Position numbers and translations under genes: made by a program. A stretch of DNA of 63,982 nt, filler included, from Porpidia crustulata (taxonomy: Eukaryota): NCBI GenBank assembly GCA_964255105.1. It is 4 parts of 4 records of this genome, joined end to end, with 100 filler letters (N's around TTAATTAATTAA, not from the genome) between each part and the next. Parts side by side here need not be neighbours in the genome. Positions count along the whole stretch, not along the records: positions 49,797 to 63,982 come from CAXUWE010000389.1; 3 more parts are not named here. The stretch is one strand, 5' to 3'. Positions 50,775-63,982 of this stretch are shown here, in pieces. The notes beneath the pieces were generated by a model that searched no databases, had not been told where the DNA came from, and worked only from the letters and a program-made list of their open reading frames with translations. Position 1 is the stretch's first letter; each line of letters opens with the position of its first letter.

Positions 50775-53700
50775 TTATGTTTCCAAAGGCAGAATCTTAG
50801 ACGCGTCTCCTAAGAACCTTGCGCGGTAGGCTGAGATCTCCGCAGCTACCTTGTTGAAATCCTTGACTTTCCTGCCACGGATTTCCTGAATCACTTGTCT
50901 CAAACCTTCGACATAAGATTCTTTGCCTTGATTTGATAAACCTGTAGGGGTAGTTCCAATCTCAACAAGGACGTCATTATCTGCAGAGGTCAGAGATGCT
51001 ATGTCAGCTTCCGTACTTTGAGAGATAGGACGACAAAAAGGAATGAAAATTCGACTCCGATGCGTTTGAACCAGGGAGAGAGAGTGCCAGACTAAAGAGA
51101 CGCGCGAAGCAGATAATCTCATTCTTCCAACGCACCAGGCAAACCTAAGTTTTTGAAATGTTGACCATTACAAGAACCATCATTGCACGTGCCACCTGCA
51201 GCTTCATAACGACAGATCGGTTTGTCTGGATCGATTGCATGACTATACGTCAGGGACCGGAAACCCTCCGAGACTTCAGAAAAATAGTTGGAATGGTAGC
51301 GATACGACTTGAAATGCTTCAATGGACTCTCATAAGGAGTGAACCGACTCATCTTGTTGCTCGAGGCAGGGTTAACAATCTGATCACAAGTTAGCTCAAC
51401 GCTGTAAGTCATGACAAGTACATACTTTTGGGTGGACAATGTTCACTCGTTCAGGGATGATACCGTTCGCTCGATTATGAATTTCTAATTCTACACCGGA
51501 CGGCAGCGATTGCGTATTTAGTGAGGAATCAGTATCTTGGATTGGATTGGCTGGCTCTGAAGAAACAAAATCACGGCTCACTGGCAATACCAGTGTCTCT
51601 GTAGGGGTTGATGGCTCTGGGGGTTCATAATCATCTGGGTCACTGTCATCGGCGAGGGCTTGGGTACGAGTTGCGTCCGGCCCTGTGTCTATTTCATCGG
51701 TGTCCTCGGAGGAATACATGCTGGATTTTGGACTTTGAAATTCACTATTCTCCTGGTCAGCGACTGGTGTAACTTGACTTGGATCTGATACTGAGGCGTG
51801 AGCAGTAGCTCTATTGGGTGGGAAGTCAGGAGTGCGCAGAATCATAGGATTGACTGTGAGTGGCGGTTCGTAGGTATCTTCGATCTCGGGCAATGGAATT
51901 GGCTTCTCAGCAACTCCTAGGGCCTCTGGGCTGTAGTCCGTTATTTCTCCCTCGTCAACATCGCTTCGAGATATGTCCATAAGATCGTCTGCCAAATCAC
52001 CGCTGTCGGTCTGATCGTCTCCATCCATGACTGGAGACGAAGGTGCGGAATTGCTTTGGGCATCATGTTCCGCTTCGGTTTCCACCATTGATGTCTCGTT
52101 GGTACTTGAATGCCTTGACTGGGGGTCTATATTGACGATAGATAGCGAATCTATAATTTTACACAAAGATATGAGATTCTTGTGCTTCTATGAGTGGCTT
52201 CTTGCTCTCTTAAGGATCCCAGGTGGGTAGGGTATACATGGATGGAGCTACTTACCTTGCCTTTTTCCTTTGTCTGTTATCTGCGGCTTGTCCACAGACT
52301 CGTCAATAGGATTTGGCTTCTGTCGCGGAAGAGCCTTGGGCGTAGGGGAAGGAGCGGGCGAAAGGCCGACAAGCTCATTTACCAGCATGCGTCGACCTTC
52401 AATCCCTTCCTGCACTTCGTTTTGGAGATATTCCATTTGCTTGCGCAACTCTTCCAGTTTTTGTCTGGTCCTTTCTACACTTGCGTCAAGAACTGGCAAG
52501 CCAGATTCAATTTCCGCTCGTCGTCGACGACGTCGCTCCTCGTCTGCTATCATTGCGGCTGTATCATGGTAATGGCTCGCATCAGCGCCGACTGATTCGA
52601 GAGGTACAACACTCGTTTCTGCATTGGGTGGTTCTTCGTCTTGTCTATTTCCTGACTCGGTGGTTCGCAACTGATCAGTTTTGACTTGGATTTCTGCCGA
52701 TCCTTGTACTTGGTTTTCGATAGTCTGCCCTTGCTGCTTTTCCGGTGTCGCCGTGGCTTGATCAGGCTGTGATGGGATGATCTCGACTGGCGCTAGCATG
52801 TGCGCTTCTGAGTGATGGTTGAGAGGTTGCCCCTGTTGTTTCTCCTCTGACACTACTTTATCAACGGCTTCCAGAATTGCTGAAGCAGCAGTGATTAGAT
52901 TGCTCTCCTTTCCTCTCTTTTGCAAATTCCCCTCAGGTCCAACGCCATTATTTTGACTCTCCGCATTGACGAGCGCAGGCTCATGAGTCTTAGCTTGTGC
53001 TTGTGCTTGGGCTGATTCAATTGGTACCCTAATAATTACCTCGAAATTTGGCTCCTCATTGACAACACTTGGTGGCTCAGCTAGCTTTGGCAATGACTTA
53101 CCATTCGCTGGAGTTCCAGGACTTTGTGCGCGGCTGGAAGTTTGTTTGACCTTGTTTCGCAGCTCTAACTCTGCAATACGTCGTTTCATGAGTTCAATTT
53201 CCTTCACCTTGGTTCTCAGACCTTCCTGTTCTTTAATGTTCCCAGGTGATTGCGCTGCAGGTGGCGTCGCCAATGCTGAGCTATCGGGTAACTTCTTCCT
53301 TGTAGGAAAGTCAGTTAACGGTGGCAAATCCCCGATGGTTTTTTGTTTGCCTGTTCTTGAGTCATGACGTGGCAAGTCTTTCGAAATCAGATTATAACCG
53401 AGATCCAGTTCAAAGTCCATGGCGTCGCCCCCGGCGTCTGAGTCGTCGCTGACCTCGTCTTCGCTTACATCGATGATAACGCTCATGTCGTCCTTCTGGC
53501 CGAGTCTCCTCTTGGCCTGCCGTGGGGGAGAGTCAATGAAGTCTGATGCCTGTGGTCGTTTTCGCGGTTCATTGAATTTAGAGGTACTACGAAGCGGGCT
53601 GTCAAGCGTTTCGGTTGGAAATATCGAGCTAGGCTCACCACCTGATATGTGATTCGCCTCAGGCTGGGGCAGAGTTACTTGCGCATCCCCTAAAGTGTCG

Positions 53701-55976
53701 GCCGAAGTAAAGCCTACAGTGGCTTGAACGTTTTGATGGTTTGTTGTATGAGAAGCACCGCTCATTGGCTGTTCATTACTGATCACTGATGATGAACGTG
53801 CGGATGCCATGAACAGGCCAGGAATGTTGAATGGCTGGAGCTCGCTTGTCGGCGAAAAGTAAGAAGCGTGTGGTGTGCTTCGCAAAGGGCTGTGTAGTTG
53901 AGTTCTTGGGATGGACGATTCATCTGATACGCTTGGCGGAGGAATCGCTGGTAGCGGGTGAGGCGGAGGGGCCAGAGTTCCAATATGGTTGATCACCTGC
54001 TGTGATGCATTGCGGTTTTTCAGTGCTTCCATTTTCTGGCGCGCAAGATCCGTTTGTGCCTTTCTCTTTGCCTCGATGCTCGCATTCTGCTCAGTCGACG
54101 TTTCACGTGAGCCCTGATTTCGAACTGAAGCTACGCTTTTCGAACCAGGTGCATAAAGCTGTTCACGAGTACTGGCATTTGGAAGATCAATGGCTGGTGG
54201 TTGCATGGCGGTCGTAACTCCATGAGCGACAGAAGTAGTGACGGTAGGCATGGCATTGGAAATTGGTATGGACTTGCCTGCCTTCGCTGCTAACATTCGA
54301 GCAATATAATCCTTACGCTCTAGGGTTTTGTCGGCAGGCTTAGCCATCACAGGGTTGCTCTGGGAGGATTGTGGAGGCTTGATTGATTTGGATGCTTGCG
54401 TTGCTTCGATCTTGGTAGGAGCTGTCGAAGCACTATCAGCCACAGTACCGGTGTGAGTACGCTGTGTCTCACCCGAAGGCTTAATCATCTTAAGAGTATG
54501 TGGTTTTTTACTGTTATCATCCTTGGTACCTAAATTTCCAAGGGAAACATCTGATTTCTGTGAGTTCTGCAAAGGTTCAATATTTACGCGGTCTTGTTTG
54601 CGCTGCTCAAGCCTCTGCTGCGTACTCGGCAATTGTTGGCTTGATATTGGATTTGTCTTAGGCACGACTTTATCAAGTTTCTCAGAAAATGTAATTCTGG
54701 CCGCGTCTGAGATCGCTTCGAGGGGACGCTTTTTGCCAGGCTCACTGCTAACCTTTCCTGCAAAACTTTCTCCCGATGGTGTGCTATGGTTTGCCGGTCT
54801 TGCGCTATGGAGCGTTTGTTTAACAAGCTCGTGGGAGGGAATTTGGACTCCCATCTCGCCGTAAAGACCTTGTAGAAGGCTTGAATCAACCCCCTCGTCT
54901 ATAAGCTTCGTGTACCCAATGTCATGGGGCTGAAGTTCCTGCAAAGCGACTTTTGCACGAACGCGAATTTCCGTTACTGTCTTGCTATCCGATCGCGGAT
55001 AACCATTCAATCTAGAATTCGTGTTCGTGCCAGAAGCTCTGGTATTCCGTGCTTCGTTTGCGGACTGTGATCCTGATTCGAATGCTAGCGAGGGGTTTCC
55101 TTCCCATTTAGTTGTTCGATGCATCTCAAGGAAAATTCCTGGATTGTCCCTCTTAGATTCGCTGCTCTGCATCATGTCTTTGCCATGATTATACTCCCTT
55201 CTTTCCACAGTATGATTGGTGGCTTTGGGCGATCGAGCCGATGGAGAGTGATTTGGACTTCGCCCAAAGCTTTTAGTCTGGGTCCGATCTCTCAGTGGAT
55301 CCCTAGAATTAGCTGAATTTGGCGAACGATACACCGTATTCACTTTGTTGACTTGGATCCTTCCGGGTTGTTGGCGATCATTATGAATCTTGGGTGCCGT
55401 TGGAATAGAGTCTTGCTGACTTGCAGCGAGCTCTTTGGTGAGTCCACTCGAACCACCTTCACTAAGCTCTCCGTCCTCCAAATCAGAAGTAGCCGCCAGG
55501 GTGTTTGTCGCCACATCGGAGCCTGCCTCGACCGAATAAACAGGCACTACCAGTGGAGACTGTTGCTTTTGTGTTAAAGTTATAGGAGTCTGGGTTGAGC
55601 CTGTACTTGGTACTGGCTGAGGCGGTAGTGAAGGTAGTTGCGGAAGGTTACCGTGAAGCGGTATCGATATGGGAGGGAAGGGCAAAGTTGGGATAATATC
55701 ATTCGACGTCGAGCCGTAGCCTACATATCGAGCGCTGGATACCCCATTATTCGTTGAGGCTGGTCTAGAGGTTTGGGCATTGTTGTTGAAAGAATGTGCA
55801 TTTGCGAATTGCGCCCGAGGCATATCGATTTGTCGATGCCGTTGCAGATTAGGATCTTGCGCTTGCTGAAATGGGAATGGAGGCATTACAGTATGACTAC
55901 CACTAGAGGATGGTGGATACTGAGGATGAGTAATGAAGGGCGCTCCAAATGGGAGAGGTGGAGGATAGGCAGACAT
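50775..55976 (-). CDS. Red1/ZFC3H1-like nuclear RNA-surveillance protein with C-terminal zf-C3H1 (multi-exon)
   Basis: Long disordered and coiled-coil body (DLEDGELS, ERKDYIARMLAAK, EIESGLPVLD). C-terminal YESPLKHFKSYRYH...SLTYSHAIDPDKPICRYEAAGGTCNDGSCNGQHF is a C3H1 finger. Four collinear ORFs separated by intron-sized gaps. Confidence 0.82.
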
Positions 55977-56664
55977 AATGGAAAGATCAAGGTTTGGTAT
56001 GCTAGTTCCTCCTGATGGGTCTAATCTCATGAATCCTTTTGCTGTGTCTGCGGGATGACTTGCTTTAGCATTGTGGCTTTTAACAATAGTTCTGGTGGTC
56101 CAGGGCAAGATCACAGCACAAAAGAAGATGTAGTGAACAGTATGTCGAAAGTGAAGACGACGCGGAATGTTGCAGTGATGGTGTCGTTGCGTGCGCACTG
56201 ACAGAGAATGAGAGGCAAGTGCTCCGTGTATCCTGAACAGAGCTGAATCACGACGATTTGAAGACGTGTAGTGATATACTTGTATATCGAGTCTTGGTGA
56301 GGTTCGCTGGGTGCAGTATTATTAATTATCGGTCGTCGATGCTCTGATTTGGGTTGGTTGAAGTTCAGGAAGGAAAATTGAAGGATTCCTAATACCGGCA
56401 CTAGTCTGCATCCAGCACGGCAAGCGCGATGCACCCCGGCCAGCTTAGCGTGTGTAAACAAAGATCACTGTTGACATCTACACCTATTGTGCCTGTGAAT
56501 TGTGAGCACGTTGCGTGCAGCGAAGACAGCGCTTTGATTGCGCTGCGTCGTCAATGCTCTGTTTTCTTATGCGAGATGCTTCTATTACTGCTTCGTTGAG
56601 ACCAGAGTTTCCCAGAGTCGCGACGAATGCGCTTCGAAAATTAATGGTCAACATTTAACCCGGC

Positions 56665-59600
56665 ATGTCGATTTCAACAGCTGGGGGCGCAAGATGGCGC
56701 TACAACCCTTTCAATCGAGATTCTCCTTCGCCGTCTCCGATCCCTTCAATGTCGGGGGATCGTCCTAAGTCCGCTCTCATCACCTCTCCCACAGGAGGCT
56801 TCAATTCGGGGGGTCACAGTCGCAACCAATCGTTCTCTCCTTTGAGTGGGTCAAACATTGTGCCACCGCGTCCGACGAGACAGAGGTCACACTCCAATCG
56901 GAGTAACAATCAATCATCAAATACCTTTGCCCCACAATTCATCAAAACTGAAGATTTGGACAGGACGGGAGAACGTGTTGGGGGGATTGAAGGCGAAAAT
57001 GACTTCTCAGGCAAAAGATACGTCTGGTTACGGGACTCTCAGTCGGCGTTCACAAAAGGATGGGTTGTTGAGGAGCTTGCTGGAGGCCGACTGTTGGTAC
57101 AATGTGAAGACGGTAGTGTAAGCCTCTCAACCTTCGGAGATTCTGCTCGAAACCCTGACTAATTATGATTCTTAGCAGCGAGAGGTGGATTCGGAGAGCG
57201 TAGATAAAGTCAATCCTGCCAAATTTGACAAGGCCGATGACATGGCCGAGCTCACGCATTTGAACGAAGCCTCGGTGGTTCACAATCTGCACATGAGATA
57301 TCAAGCAGATCTGATCTACGTATGTTCTCCAATCATGTGCGCATCCTAGCAAATGTTGAGAATCCATAGACGTATTCCGGCTTGTTCCTAGTCACTGTCA
57401 ACCCGTACTGCCCATTGCCCATATATACCAATGAGTTCATGAAGATGTACAGAGGCCGTAGTAGAGAGGACACAAAGCCTCATATTTACGCCATGGCGGA
57501 TGGTGCCTTCCGAAGCTTGGTAGAAGAAGGAGAAAATCAAAGTATCTTGGTCACGTAAGTCTGAGCTGTGTCCAGGACGTGAAAGCATTCTAACCAGATT
57601 CTTAGGGGAGAGTCAGGAGCTGGAAAGACTGAGAACACAAAAAAGGTTATTCAGTATCTTGCAGCCGTGGCTACTTCTGAGTCGCCGGCAATGAGATCTG
57701 GGACTCGCCAATTTTCTAATCTCTCACAGCAAATACTAAGAGCTAACCCTATTCTTGAAGCCTTCGGTAATGCTCAGACTGTACGAAATAATAACTCGTC
57801 ACGTTTCGGAAAGTTCATCCGCATTGAATTCACTAGGTCGGGACAAATCGCTGGGGCATTCATCGACTGGTATCTTCTGGAGAAATCAAGGGTGGTCAAG
57901 TTGAATGCCAACGAGAGGAACTACCATATCTTCTACCAGCTACTTCGGGGGGCGGACGGCCCAATGAGAGAGCAATTCCTGCTAGCCGGGCTCGGCGTCG
58001 AAGATTTTCATTACACTAGGGAAGGCAATGACATGATTGCTGGAGTTTCAGACAGCGATGAGTGGAATTCCTTAATCGAGGCTTTCCATGTGATGGGATT
58101 CTCAGATAAAGAACAGGCTTCGGTGCTCCGTACTGTAGCCGCAGTGCTGCTTCTTGGGAACGTGACTGTGACTAAGGAAAGTATTCGAGCTGACCAAGCC
58201 AGTCTTACTGAAGAAGCCTATCCACAAGCGGAGAAGGCTTGCCTTCTGCTCGGAATCCCCTTAGACGCGTTCGTTCAAGGATTGCTTCACCCGAAGGTCA
58301 AGGCCGGGAGAGAGTGGGTTGAAAAAGTCCAAACTCCAGAGCAGGTTCGATCGTCTCTTGACGCATTGTCTAAGGGTATCTATGAACGAGGTTTTGGGGA
58401 CCTCGTCACGCGAATTAATCGCCAGCTAGACAGGACAGGAATGGGTCTTGAAGACTCCCATTTCATTGGCGTTCTCGATATCGCTGGTTTCGAGATCTTT
58501 GAGGAGAATAGCTTCGAGCAGTTGTGTATCAACTACACGAACGAGAAGCTCCAACAGTTTTTCAACCATCATATGTTCGTTCTTGAACAGGAAGAGTATG
58601 CACGTGAACAAATCGAATGGAAATTCATCGACTTTGGAAAAGATCTCCAACCTACGATCGACTTGATTGAACTACCGAATCCTATTGGAATATTCTCGTG
58701 TCTAGATGAAGACTCCGTAATGCCAAAGGCTACGGATAAGTCTTTCACAGAAAAGATGCATTCTTTATGGGAGCGTAGAACCCCCAAGTATCGGCCGTCA
58801 CGATTGAGCCAAGGGTTTATGTTGACACATTATGCCGCCGAAGTAGAATACTCCACCCATGGCTGGCTGGAGAAGAACAAAGATCCGCTCAACGATAACA
58901 TCACGAGGCTCCTTGCTTTGTCTAGGGATAAGCATGTAGCCAATTTATTTGCCGATTGTGCTGAAGTCGACGAAGATAGTGGTGCACCAAGGAGTCGGGT
59001 TAAGAAAGGTCTCTTCAGGACCGTAGCTCAACGCCATAAGGAACAGCTTTCAAGCTTGATGAATCAGCTCCATTCTACTCATCCGCATTTCGTGCGCTGT
59101 ATCCTACCCAATCATAAAAAGCGACCCAAGCAATTTAGCGCTCCTCTCGTTCTAGACCAGCTTCGTTGTAACGGTGTATTAGAGGGCATAAGAATAGCCC
59201 GAACCGGCTTTCCTAATCGACTGCCATTCTCTGAGTTCCGCCAGCGATATGAAGTCCTTTGTCGTAATATGCCTAAAGGCTATCTGGAAGGCCAAAAGGT
59301 TGCCCAAATTATGCTGGAGAAGCTTGATCTGGATAAAGCTCTGTATAGAGTTGGTTTGACGAAGGTCTTCTTCAGAGCTGGAGTGCTCGCCGAGCTTGAA
59401 GAGCAGCGCGACGCTCTGATTCGGGACATTATGTCCAGGTTTCAGTCTATAGGGCGCGGATTTACCCAACGAAGAATCGCGAATAAGCGGCTATACCGTG
59501 CTGAAGCTACAAGGATAATACAGCGAAACTTCGGAGTCTACATCGACCTCTGCGATAACCCCTGGTGGCGGCTTTTTATACGCATGAAGCCTCTGCTAGG

Positions 59601-62600
59601 TGCCACAAGGACAGCTGGGGAAGTAAAGAAGCGGGATGAAATGATTCAAAAGCTCGAGATTAAGATACAGGAAGAGAATAACGACCGACAAAAGCTTGAA
59701 GAAGATCGTAGGCGGGCAGAAACAGAAGTGCAACGAGTTCAACAAACCCTAGAAAGTGAACGATCCCTTGCACTTGATAAAGAGGAGATTTTCAAACGAT
59801 TGCAGCAACGAGAAGCAGAATTGAGCGAGAAACTTGCCGGCGCAATCGAGGACCAGGAACACCTCGAAGACCAACTTGACGAGCTCATTGATGCAAAGAA
59901 GTTGGCAGAGGATGAAGCCGATAAGAGGCGTGGGCAACTAGAGCAAGCCGGCCAGATCATACAGAGGCTAGAAGCCGACAAGAACGATCTCTTAGAACAA
60001 GTCGCCGAACTAGACAAGCATATTACCGACGTTGAGAAGGCTAGATTCGAAAATGACAGTAGCCATGAAGCCTTGATCCAAGATAATAAGATGTTACAAA
60101 GTCAGCTTCATCTCCAGGAACGGAAGGTCTCGGATTTGGAGGCTAAATTGCTCAAGACTGACCAAGACCTCGATATCAAACTTGCCACCACAACGAAAGA
60201 CCTAGGTAATTGTCGGAAACAGATTAAGGAGCTCCTCGACGACAATCGCCAGATTCGGCAGCAGCTCAGCGAGCTTTCATCAACATCAACCGACTACGAA
60301 GACATGGTAAGGCGTAAGGAAAGTGAGATCGCCGTGCTCAGGGGAGATAATAAGAGACATGAGGCCGAACGTAAAATGCTAGAGGCCGAAAAGACAACAC
60401 TAGCATTAAGGCACGACAACATACAGAACAGACTTCGCGAAATCCAAGCAGAAGTTGATACCGCACGTTCCCAGAAAGTGCAGCTCGAGCGCGAAGCTGC
60501 AGACACGAAGAAATTGCTAGATGCCAAATTGTCTGAGGACATGCATGCTGGCAATAGCCGCAAAATCCTCGAGGAACAGATCAAAGACCTCAAGTCGCAG
60601 TTATTCCATGTTCAGGCCGACTTAAGCCGAGAGCAACAATCACGAGATGACGTTCAGATGTTAGCAGACCACAAATTGGCAACTTTAAATGATGAGTATG
60701 AGAATTTGAACGAGTCTAAGATCATTATTGAGAAAGAACTTTATGTACAACAAGATACCCTTCGTCGGGCAGTCGAAGCTCGTACAAGCGCTGAGAAAGG
60801 CCGTAAAGAACTTCAGACAGAACTTAAAAAGTTACGAGAGCGCTTCTTAGAGGTAGAAGCTTCTAGATTGGAGGTCGAGACGGCGATGGAGCGAAGTATT
60901 TCTCGTCAATCCAATGAGCGGCAGGCGGCTTTAAGGAAGGATCTCGACAGCAAAACCCTTCAGCTAGATGATATGCAGGCTGAAAAGGACCGGCTTGCTA
61001 TTGAGGTCCTGAAGTTGACCAAAATGATATCTGATTCGGAAAACTTCCGCCTGCATCATGATCAGCATAAAGAACGCTTAGAAAGAGAGCTGGTGACAAT
61101 CAAAGGCCGCTTAACAGCCTCAGAGAACGATAATCGTGCTTTACTGAACAAAGTGCAGCAAAAGAATCTCGACATTGCAAGGTCAAACTCAAGAGCTGGT
61201 GACTCTCAGAGGTCACGGATGGCCCAGCTGCAAGCCGAGAAAACGAGACTTGAAGAGGAAAATAGGAGATTAGCCCGCCAGTGCAATGATGCGCAAGTTT
61301 CAATGACGACTCTCGAAAAGCAGAAAGAGAAGCTTGCTCTGAGCCTTGAGGATTTGAACCATGAAGTGGCCCGAGAGCACAAGACCAGCCGCAATGCCGA
61401 AAAGTCCACCTCTACGTTGAACGTCCAGCTAGCTGAGGTCAATCGCAGCTTGGAAACTGAAAAGCAGCTCAAGTCCCAGGCCCAAGCAAACACCAGAAAA
61501 GTGCAGAGCACTCTCGACAGCGCTAATGCGGAGATTGAAGACTCACGCCAGCAGATTGTCACATTACACAAGGTCTTCGTGCCGGATCTGAAAGAAGCTC
61601 AACCTTCCTGGGAATCGTTAGCGCCTCGTCTTCCAGATTACGTCAACCTTGCTAGTCAACTGGAAGCCTCTCAGCAAGCACTGAGAGTGACTGGAGAAAA
61701 ATGGACGCGGGCAGAGAACCAGCTTGCTGAGCTCCGACGTCGTCACGAAAACGATGTGGCTGAAATCGACAATCGCCATACAGCTTCCAAGCGCCAGCTG
61801 CTCGAAGACCTTAACCAGAATACAATTCCCACTCAAAGGTCACCCAAACATCTTCGCAAAGGATCCGATCTCAAGCCATATTCCAACACCTCTACCCCTG
61901 ATCGCCGTTATATCAGCAATGGAACTAACGACTCTGCCCGTTCCGATCGGACAGTGGATACCATTGCGTACAATAAGCGCATGGATCTTGCTGCTGAATT
62001 GGAGATGGTCCAGAATCAGCTGCAAATGTCTGAAATGCAGAATCGCCATCTCCAGAGCCAGCTCGGCCGTGCCACACCTCTCAAGGACTCATGGCAGGAT
62101 GAGAGTCCGTCAGTGAGACGAGTGCAGAAGCTTGAGAAAGAGAACAACCGCCTACATGACAAACTCGATGATTCTGCAAAGAAGGTCTCAGCTCTAGAGC
62201 GGACACTGCACTCTGGAGAATTGTCATTGCGCGATATCCAGGCACAGTCCCATGAAGAACTCTACAATCTCATCAACTCACAAGAAGGTTCAAGGAAATC
62301 GCTGTTACAGGTATACAATCGTACGGTGGAGGACTTGGCGGAAGTAAAGTCGCACTTTGACAATATCAAGCATGCCCGAGCCTCCTTGGAGGTAGAACTT
62401 CGAGACTCACGGTCGGAGCTCCGGGAAGTCGCCGCTGCGAACGAACAAGAGACGGCGAGTAGGCAACAGCTGCTGCAAGAGTTCTCCGACCTTCAGATAC
62501 GGCTAGACACCGAAGCCTCGAAAGCAGCCGATCTGTCATCGAGCCTCAGCCTCTACAAGCGTCGGGCAGACGAGTACTTTGGTAAGCTCGAACAGGCGGA

Positions 62601-63982
62601 GATTGCGGTTCTCAAAGCTTCTCGTGCCGAGCAGTCAGCAAAGTCGCAGGCGCGGGAAAGTGAAGATGCTTGCGCGACAATCATGTCGGAGCGGAAGCAA
62701 ATGGACGCTATGGTTGAAGATCTGCAGAGACAAAACCAGCATTACGAAGAGAAGGTCGAAGATCTTGCAGCGGACCTCGACGGCGCTCTGCAGGCTAAGA
62801 AAAGGCTTCAGCACGAGCTTGAGGATTATCGAAGCCAGCGCGCCATGGATATCGAGGACAAGGAAACCTCTATGGAGCAGACCAGGAAAAAGTACCAGAA
62901 TGAGTTTTCGACGCTTACTAATGAATTGGAAATTGAACGAGAGAATGTCATCCATGCTCGATCCGAAACCACTCGGCTGCGCGACGAGCTGGAAGAGCTC
63001 CGGTCAAAGTGGGACGACGAGGTGCTGAACAGCTCGACGTGGGCGAAAGAAAAGTCGAGGCTCGAGATGACGTTGCAGGATCTATCGACATCACGGGAGG
63101 AGGCCGTCAATGCGCATAATGAAGCGCAAGGGAAGATCGTCTCTCTGCTATCACAAGTCCGTAACCTGCGCACATCTATGGATGACGTCGCTACCGAACG
63201 AGACATGCTTCAGAAGGAGAAACGCAGCCTTGAAGCGCGCCTGTCTGAAGCAGGAGACCGCCTGGAGGATCTTGCTCGTGGCGAAAGTCCTTCGATGCGT
63301 AATGCCGCCGGGATGGATCGCGAATTACTAGACCTGAAATCTCACTTGGCACAAAAGGAAGACGTGGCCGAGGCCGCCGTTGGCAAGATGCGAAGAGCGG
63401 AGGCGTTGACGACGGAGATGCAGAAAGACGTGGTCGCGGAACGCGAGACGAACGTTATGCTACACAAGGAGAAAGCGGCGCTGGAGAAGATGGTCAAGGA
63501 TCTGCAGGGTAGGGTTGTCGATCTGGAGACGAAGTCGTACCCGAGTGCCAGTCAAGACGTTCGGTTCTTGAACGGTAGAATCCAAGAGGTAAGGGAATTT
63601 ACCTTCCATTCGCAGCCGATCCCAAGCTAACCCCCCGAGCAGCTCGAACACGAACTCGAAACCCAAGCGTCCCAGCACACGAACTCGATCCGCTCCGTCC
63701 GCAACGTCGACCGCACGGTCCGCGACCTCACCGCCCAGATCCACCGCCGCGAGAAACAGGCCGCGCAGCTCGAGGACGACGTCACCAAAGGCCGCGACAA
63801 GATCGAACGCCTGCTCGCCACCATCGACGAGCTGCAGGCGGAGGAGACGCGCGGCGCGCTGGCGACGAAGCGCGCCGAGAGGGATTTGAGGGAGGAGCGG
63901 GAGAAGGGGCTCAGGCTCGAGCGGGAGCTGGAAGGGTGGAAGGGGTTGAGGATGGAGCGGAGGAGCTCGAAGGGGTTTGATG
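56665..63982 (+). CDS. myo2: Myosin type II heavy chain (runs off the window end)
   Basis: SH3-like N-terminus KRYVWLRD, P-loop GESGAGKTENTKKVIQYL, NPILEAFGNAQTVRNNNSSRFGKF, DIAGFE, QLRCNGVLEG, and a >1200-aa coiled-coil tail. Introns near 57118, 57319, 57555 and 63589. Confidence 0.97.

Noticed and set aside
55977..56198. 74-codon upstream extension of the Red1-like ORF
   Set aside because: Starts at a non-ATG codon and reads like UTR; MSAYPPP at 55976 is the more plausible start.

Overview
Filamentous-ascomycete (Pezizomycotina) genomic DNA. It is made of four contigs joined by artificial 100-nt N/TTAATTAATTAA linkers at 16518, 33116 and 49697, so adjacency across these gaps is not guaranteed. 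Contig 1 carries a secondary-metabolite pair: a Zn2Cys6 transcription factor and a 7-exon, ~4000-aa hybrid PKS-NRPS (KS-AT-DH-MT*-ER0-KR-ACP-C-A-T-R). The synthetase has a degenerate methyltransferase motif and a GC-AG intron inside the KS, and no trans-enoyl reductase is visible in the window. Contig 2 starts with a ~13 kb accessory/decayed island: two orphan genes, Ty3/gypsy gag/RT/RNase H relics, a Cys-rich DUF3716-like pseudogene and a SNF2-helicase pseudogene with repeated in-frame TGA stops, including at conserved Trp positions. Core genes follow: cytochrome c heme lyase head-to-head with an ABC1/UbiB kinase. Contig 3 holds the nitrogen regulator areA, a CREG-like gene and a gene-poor stretch. 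Contig 4 holds a Red1/ZFC3H1-like gene and myosin II. Recurrent C-rich to G-rich strand-skew switches coincide with the assembly gaps. All calls are by-eye motif recognition, not database searches.
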